40,246 nt of DNA, from positions 1-40,246 of the IMG/VR virus record IMGVR_UViG_3300027835_000010; one strand, 5' to 3'. Positions within the stretch are counted from its first letter, which is position 1, and every line of letters begins with the position of its first letter. Shown in pieces: positions 35,627 through 40,246 of the stretch. The notes under the pieces are model-generated. The model ran no database searches. It worked only from the letters and a program-made list of their open reading frames with translations, and was not told the DNA's origin. The position numbers and the translations under genes are program-made. Origin of the DNA: a virus. Its lineage: Duplodnaviria; Caudoviricetes.

Positions 35627-36645
35627 AGCCGGATTTTCGCCTGGAATGCGAGGGCGCCGACATCACCGCCCGCCTGCGCGACCGCCTGCTCGAACTCCGC
35701 GTCATCGACGAGGCCGGCGTCGCCTCCGACCGGCTGGAAATCACCCTTGATGACCGCGACCACCTGATCCCGCTGCCGGCGTCGAATGCTGAGCTCAAGG
35801 TGTGGCTGGGCTACCAGCCGCCAGGCCCCACCCCGGCCTATATGGGCAGCTACAAAGTCGATGATATCGGCCTGTCCTCCGGCCCGCGGTCCGTGTCGAT
35901 CCGTGCCAAGGCGGCAGAACTCGCGGGCGGCTATCGCGAGCCGAAAACCCGCGACTGGCACGGCAAGACCATCGGCGACATCGTCGCCAAGATCGCAGCC
36001 GAGCACGGCTTTACCCCGCTGGTGTCGGCCAGCCTCGCCGGCATCAATGCCGGCCATGTCGACCAAGCGGAGGAAAGCGACGCCGGCCTCCTCACCCGGC
36101 TGGCCGGCATGTACGACGCCGTCGCCAAGCCGGCCGACGGCAAGCTTCTGTTCGTCAAGCGGGGCGAGGGCGCCGTCGACGCCACCAGCGATACCGGCAG
36201 CAGCTCGGCCTCTGGCTCCCGTATCGCCCTGCGGCCAACGGATGTGACGCGCTGGTCAGTCACCCTGTCCGAGCGCGGCGCCTATGCCGCCGTCACGGCC
36301 AGATATCAGGATCACGCCACCGGTGAAACCAAGTCGGTGACGGTCGGCGGTGGTGGCGACGGCGAACGCTATCAGGAGCGTGCGCCCTACACCTCGAAGG
36401 ATGTCGCCGAGCGCGCCGCCGCCGCCAGGCACGCCGACCTCACCCGCGGCAAGGTGTCCGGCAGCATCGAACTGCCCGGCAACCCAGCGATCTACGCGGA
36501 ATGCGTCATCGTGCTCGACGGCTTCCGTGAGCAGGTCAACGGCGAATATTCCGGCAAGACGGTGACGCACTCGTACACCAGCAGCGGCTACACGACGTCA
36601 GTCGAATTCGAAACCAGGATGCAAAGTGAAGGGAATGACCAGTGA
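35623..36645 (+). CDS. Baseplate hub / late control protein D (P2 gpD-like)
   Basis: DITARL.DRL...D.LEITLDD, VWLGY, VDQAEESDAGLLTRLA, VTH...GYTT. Confidence 0.93.
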   Translation: MKPDFRLECEGADITARLRDRLLELRVIDEAGVASDRLEITLDDRDHLIPLPASNAELKVWLGYQPPGPTPAYMGSYKVDDIGLSSGPRSVSIRAKAAELAGGYREPKTRDWHGKTIGDIVAKIAAEHGFTPLVSASLAGINAGHVDQAEESDAGLLTRLAGMYDAVAKPADGKLLFVKRGEGAVDATSDTGSSSASGSRIALRPTDVTRWSVTLSERGAYAAVTARYQDHATGETKSVTVGGGGDGERYQERAPYTSKDVAERAAAARHADLTRGKVSGSIELPGNPAIYAECVIVLDGFREQVNGEYSGKTVTHSYTSSGYTTSVEFETRMQSEGNDQ

Positions 36646-36977
36646 TAGTTTCATTTGATCAAGCACTCGGGATCGCTGGTGCGATCGCGTCTCTCGCCGG
36701 CACGGCCTGGGCCATCTTGCACTATGTCATGGGCCGTCTTGATGCCATGCGCGAGCAGATGAGCAAGGCGATGGCCGAAGTCCATGCCCGCGTGGACGGC
36801 TTCCACGCCGACTATGTCCGGCGCGACGACTACCATCGTGACATGGAGTCGCTTCGCGGCGATGTCGCGGGCATCCGCGACGACGTCAAGCAGATGGGTG
36901 GCGGCATCAATTCCCGCCTCGACCAGCTTTTCCTTGCCCGCGCTCTCGGCACCGTCGGCGCCGGCGCGGGCGAATAA
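36642..36977 (+). CDS. Single-TM coiled-coil protein preceding endolysin (holin/antiholin-like)
   Basis: N-terminal hydrophobic helix, YVRRDDY motif, ...SRLDQL; GTGA overlap. Confidence 0.6.
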   Translation: MIVSFDQALGIAGAIASLAGTAWAILHYVMGRLDAMREQMSKAMAEVHARVDGFHADYVRRDDYHRDMESLRGDVAGIRDDVKQMGGGINSRLDQLFLARALGTVGAGAGE

Positions 36978-36991
36978 CCGGAGGCAAATCC

Positions 36992-37402
36992 ATGGACGTC
37001 GAAAAACTCCTGACCGATCTGGTCCGCGACGAGGGCTTGCGGCTCAAGCCCTATCGCTGCACGGCCGGCAAGCTGACGATCGGCATTGGCCGCAACATCG
37101 AGGACATTGGCATCACCCACGATGAGGCCATGCATCTGGGGCGTAACGATATCGCCCGCGTGGTCGTCGAGCTCGACGGCGCCCTCCCGTGGTGGCGCGA
37201 GATGTCGGAGCGGCGGCAGCGGGCCCTTGCCAACATGGCCTTCAACCTCGGCCTCGCCCGGCTGCTCAAGTTCAAAATGATGCTCGGCGCCATGCAGCGG
37301 GGCGATTTCGCCGCCGCCGTCCGCGAGGCCGAAAGCAGCGCCTGGTTTCGCCAGGTCGGCGAGCGCGGGCCGCGCGTGGTGGCGGCGATCCGCGAAGGGT
37401 GA
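36992..37402 (+). CDS. Endolysin, T4-lysozyme-like muramidase
   Basis: DEGLRLKPYRCTAGKLTIGIGRN (E-x8-C-x5-T catalytic triad), NMAFNLG, SAWFRQVGER; GGAGG RBS. Confidence 0.93.
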   Translation: MDVEKLLTDLVRDEGLRLKPYRCTAGKLTIGIGRNIEDIGITHDEAMHLGRNDIARVVVELDGALPWWREMSERRQRALANMAFNLGLARLLKFKMMLGAMQRGDFAAAVREAESSAWFRQVGERGPRVVAAIREG

Positions 37403-37434
37403 CCGTCGGGTACGCGAGGCCGCTCGCGCAAGGA

Positions 37435-37467
37435 GGGGCGCCGGGGAACTATCCCAGGCGCCTTTTC
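37435..37467 (+). terminator. Possible terminator hairpin after endolysin
   Basis: ggcgccgggg-aactat-cccaggcgcc (one mismatch) followed by TTTTCT. Confidence 0.5.
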
Positions 37468-37484
37468 TCATTTGGGGGCAACCC

Positions 37485-38153
37485 ATGGACGTCATAGAAT
37501 TTCTTATCCTGCATCGCGGCGATGCGGCCGAGGTGCTGCTCGCCATCTTCGCGGGGGCGGCGGCTCTGATCGCCAGCACCCGCACGCCCGATCCCGCCAC
37601 CCCCTTCGGCAGGTTTTACCGCCTGGTGGAATTCTGCGCCCTGAACTTCGGCCGGGCTAAGGAAGTCGGCCCTTCCTCCGACCCCACCTATGGGCAGCGC
37701 ATCCACGATCTGACCCATACCCTGAACCCTTCCGATGGCGCCGGTTACGCCAAGGTGATGACGGAAATCGCCGAGATCGCGGGTAAGGCGGTGCAAGGGT
37801 CCGGGAAGGCGCTTTCCATCCTGCTCGCCGTGCTGGTGGTCGGCCTTGCCACGCTGCCGCTCGGCGCCTGCGCTGGCACCGCCGCCAGCTTCGAGGCCGG
37901 TATCGCGACCACTGGAGCCGCACTGGATACCGCCTCCACGGCGATCGACAAGGCGGGCGATGCTGTCGACAACCTGAAATATCGCGCCCTCAAGCGGGAA
38001 ATCGCCCTGGCCTGCGCCAAGGATATCGAGCTGCTCGCCAAGGCGGCCGACGACAACGTCTGGCCGATCGCAGCCATCATGCTCAGTTGCCCGAAGGTGA
38101 AATCCTTCGTCGAGCGCGGCTCTGGCGCCGTCAGCGTCACGGTCAGCAAGTGA
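37485..38153 (+). CDS. Membrane protein: holin-like N-terminus fused to an internal signal/lipobox segment
   Basis: N-terminal TM then TP.P...YRLVEFCALNFGRAK; second hydrophobic stretch ending in lipobox LGAC (Cys codon 37869). Confidence 0.6.
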   Translation: MDVIEFLILHRGDAAEVLLAIFAGAAALIASTRTPDPATPFGRFYRLVEFCALNFGRAKEVGPSSDPTYGQRIHDLTHTLNPSDGAGYAKVMTEIAEIAGKAVQGSGKALSILLAVLVVGLATLPLGACAGTAASFEAGIATTGAALDTASTAIDKAGDAVDNLKYRALKREIALACAKDIELLAKAADDNVWPIAAIMLSCPKVKSFVERGSGAVSVTVSK

Positions 38154-38953
38154 CCGCCTCACGTCATATCGTCGCGGTGCATGGCTTCATGTTCCGCGAC
38201 GACGACGGCCAGGACGACCCGGATCGGGTCTTCTGGCCCGAGATCGTGACTGCCTTCGGGCAGGCCGTCGAGATGTGGACGTGGTATTCCGTGCCTTTTG
38301 GCATCCACCCGGAGACCCCGCTCGCCTCGTTCCTGCAAACCGTGCGAGCATGGGCAGGGTCATGGGGCAGGGGCTATCTGCACCCTTACCGCTACGCCTG
38401 GGCATTGTCGACCGACGCCGGCGACCGACTCGGCAAGCATCTGCGTGCCCGCCACGCCGTCACCGGCGAACGGGTCACCCTGGTCGGTCACAGTCTGGGT
38501 AGCCGGGTGGTGCTGCGCGCCGCCGCCATGGCGCCCCAGACTGTCGAGCGCATCCTCCTGCTCTCCGGCGCCGAGCTCCAACAGAACGCCGCCGTGCTGG
38601 CCGGCCTGCTGCCTGTCCCCATCCTGAATGTGGCGACCCGCGAGGATGACGTGTTGCGCATTCTCGGGGCGCACTGTGCTGGTGACGGCGACGGCGCTTG
38701 TATCGGCCAGGCCGGCCTCGGCGACGACGCCCCGGCCAACTGGCTTGACCTCTTTCTCGACGATCTCAATACCCAGGCCGTGGGCCGCAAGCTGGGATGG
38801 GATCTGCAAGGGGATCAGCCCGGCGAATGGGGTGACCACTGGCATTGTTATCGGCATGCCGGCAACTGGCCGGCGCTCCGCGCTTGGGTCAATGGCGACG
38901 CCCTGGCGGCCTTCCGACATGTGAAGGAGGACGCCGAATACGCGCCCTGCTGA
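38150..38953 (+). CDS. Alpha/beta-hydrolase (esterase/lipase-like)
   Basis: VAVHGF oxyanion motif, LVGHSLG nucleophile elbow, EDDVL Asp, DHWHCY His; GTGA overlap with the upstream gene. Confidence 0.85.
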   Translation: MTASRHIVAVHGFMFRDDDGQDDPDRVFWPEIVTAFGQAVEMWTWYSVPFGIHPETPLASFLQTVRAWAGSWGRGYLHPYRYAWALSTDAGDRLGKHLRARHAVTGERVTLVGHSLGSRVVLRAAAMAPQTVERILLLSGAELQQNAAVLAGLLPVPILNVATREDDVLRILGAHCAGDGDGACIGQAGLGDDAPANWLDLFLDDLNTQAVGRKLGWDLQGDQPGEWGDHWHCYRHAGNWPALRAWVNGDALAAFRHVKEDAEYAPC

Positions 38954-39090
38954 TTGCCGCCGGCCATGCCAAGTCCTATTTCGGGGGAGAAAGACCGGCT
39001 GGTGCCCATAAAAATATTTTCGGTCTTGACCGCGCTCGGTCGATCATCTGAAGGTTGACCGGAAAACGACCGAGCGCGGAAGGATTGGGA

Positions 39091-39420
39091 ATGGCACTGA
39101 TATCCTGCAAAGAATGCAATGAACAAGTAAGTGATCAGGCGCTCAAGTGCCCGAAATGCGGGTTCCAACTGCGCAAGCCGAAGCGTGGGTTTTTCGGTAA
39201 GCTCGCGAAATGGTCGCTGATCGGCTTCAACCTGCTTATGATGGTCTGGCTGTTGAGCTATCTCGGCGACGTCGGCAAGCTGTCTGCGGCGCAAACATCT
39301 GAAGCCGGCAAGGCCGGTGCAGCCATTGGCACGGCCTTGGGAACGGGCATGCTGCTCGGCTTCTGGGTGGTCGGCGATATCATTCTCGGCCTGTGGGCGA
39401 TGCTCACCCGGCCGCGCTGA
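39091..39420 (+). CDS. Zinc-ribbon membrane protein (moron-like)
   Basis: MALISCKECNEQVSDQALKCPKCG zinc ribbon followed by two hydrophobic helices. Confidence 0.85.
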   Translation: MALISCKECNEQVSDQALKCPKCGFQLRKPKRGFFGKLAKWSLIGFNLLMMVWLLSYLGDVGKLSAAQTSEAGKAGAAIGTALGTGMLLGFWVVGDIILGLWAMLTRPR

Positions 39421-39466
39421 CGGCAACCGGCCTGCCGCCGTACGACAGCGGCAGGCCGGAATTTTT

Positions 39467-40124
39467 TCAGGCGCCCGGCTTTGGCGCCGCCAGCCGACGG
39501 ATTTCCGTCATCAGTGCCGCATCCTGCGCCAGCCGCTCATTCTGCGCCCCGATGTGGCTCGATAACTGGCACAGCCGCGTCACCGCCTCCATCACGACAA
39601 GCTTGGCGTCCACGATGTCGGCCGGGATTGGGGCGTGGGATGGAGTCGAGATTCCCGACGGCACATACAGCCGGCGCATCTCCTCATCGAGATCGCGACC
39701 TGGAGCGGGCCGTTCCGCCCGCGCCTTGCGGCGCATTCGCAGGATGACGCACTCCTCCCAGGCGAGGGGGATGCCGTCGAGGCTGTCGGGCGACGTCGGC
39801 GTCCCCGAGGACACGGCGAGCCGGACGGGCTGCGACTCGAGCGAAGACCCCCGCCTCCTCCCGCCGAGCATCGAGGACAGCCGCTGTCCAGCATTCGCCA
39901 AGGCGCGATTGACCGACCGCGGTTGGCCGGCATGCGGTGTCAACATCTCTTCGGCAAGGTCGTGCAGCTTGGGCAGGATGTCCAAATCGGGTGAGGCAGG
40001 GAGGGTGCCGGCGAGAAACTGGTCGAAAATCTCGACCATTTGAATCGTGACCTCGGTAGCGTTCGGCGTCTCGCTCTTGGTGCACAGATAGAGGGACTGC
40101 TTCTTATTCAGGAAAAATCGTAAC
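39467..40124 (-). pseudogene. 5'-truncated phage antirepressor-like gene
   Basis: FLNKKQSLYLCTKSETPNATEVTIQMVEIF resembles the C-terminal half of an antirepressor N-domain; upstream sequence is AT-richer, has direct repeats and no RBS before ATG 40204. Confidence 0.55.
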
Positions 40125-40219
40125 TGCCCAGGTACCCCCGGAACTGGCTTCAGAGCACACTCATCAGCGTGCCCAGGTACCCCAGCGCATTGGAAAATAA
40201 GCATATTTTGCGGAGGAAA

Positions 40220-40246
40220 AGGCCGAAAACCGCTGTTTTTCGGCCT
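40220..40246 (-). terminator. Inverted repeat / minus-strand terminator
   Basis: aggccgaaaa(40220-40229)/ttttcggcct(40237-40246), followed on the minus strand by a short T run. Confidence 0.6.

Larger units (their letters stand above)
1..40138. mobile_element. Temperate phage/prophage with lambda-like head and P2-like contractile tail (left end outside window; right end approximate)
   Basis: Continuous phage gene order: immunity, replication, packaging, head, baseplate, tail, lysis. No host housekeeping gene seen; no integrase in window. Confidence 0.95.

Noticed and set aside
22573-36645. Type VI secretion system, tailocin or gene transfer agent
   Set aside because: PAAR, sheath and tube are accompanied by terminase, portal, capsid, replication and immunity genes, so this is a phage.
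40103-40139. Tn3-like terminal inverted repeat (GGGG...TAAG on the minus strand)
   Set aside because: Poor internal match, the TAAG lies in coding sequence, and there is no transposase or partner end in the window.

Overview
The window is almost entirely one GC-rich temperate phage or prophage, probably alphaproteobacterial (it carries a GapR/DUF2312 gene and an MmcB-like nuclease). No integrase or protelomerase is in view, and the leftward early operon runs off the left edge. The first part holds small leftward early genes, an oppositely oriented WYL-domain gene and a lambdoid immunity switch (cI/cro, four 17-bp GTTAGG-N5-CCTAAC operators, PL/PR/PRM). Next is a translationally coupled early operon: PD-(D/E)xK nuclease, radical SAM enzyme, C5-cytosine methyltransferase, replication initiator with internal iterons, amino-methyltransferase and gapR. 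This is followed by a probable lambda-type cos region, a lambda-like head module (Nu1, gpA, W, portal, S49 protease/scaffold, D, E) and a P2-like contractile tail (V, PAAR, W, J, I, H, FI, FII, E/E' with a -1 frameshift, T, U, X, D). The right end has an unusual lysis cassette and a truncated antirepressor. Five observations stand out: (1) a fixed-spacing late-promoter motif ACCYGAYCTC-N25-TAnnGT in four intergenic gaps with no recognisable Ogr/Q/C activator, one copy firing into a terminator to give a probable ~65-nt sRNA or attenuator; (2) a direct-repeat-flanked radical SAM gene coupled to a nuclease and lying next to DNA methyltransferases; (3) a lysis cassette with a holin-lipoprotein fusion and an alpha/beta hydrolase instead of canonical spanins; (4) an M50 protease moron; (5) an HTH-less WYL gene antisense to the PL transcript. 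All calls come from motifs and gene order read by eye; no database searches were run.
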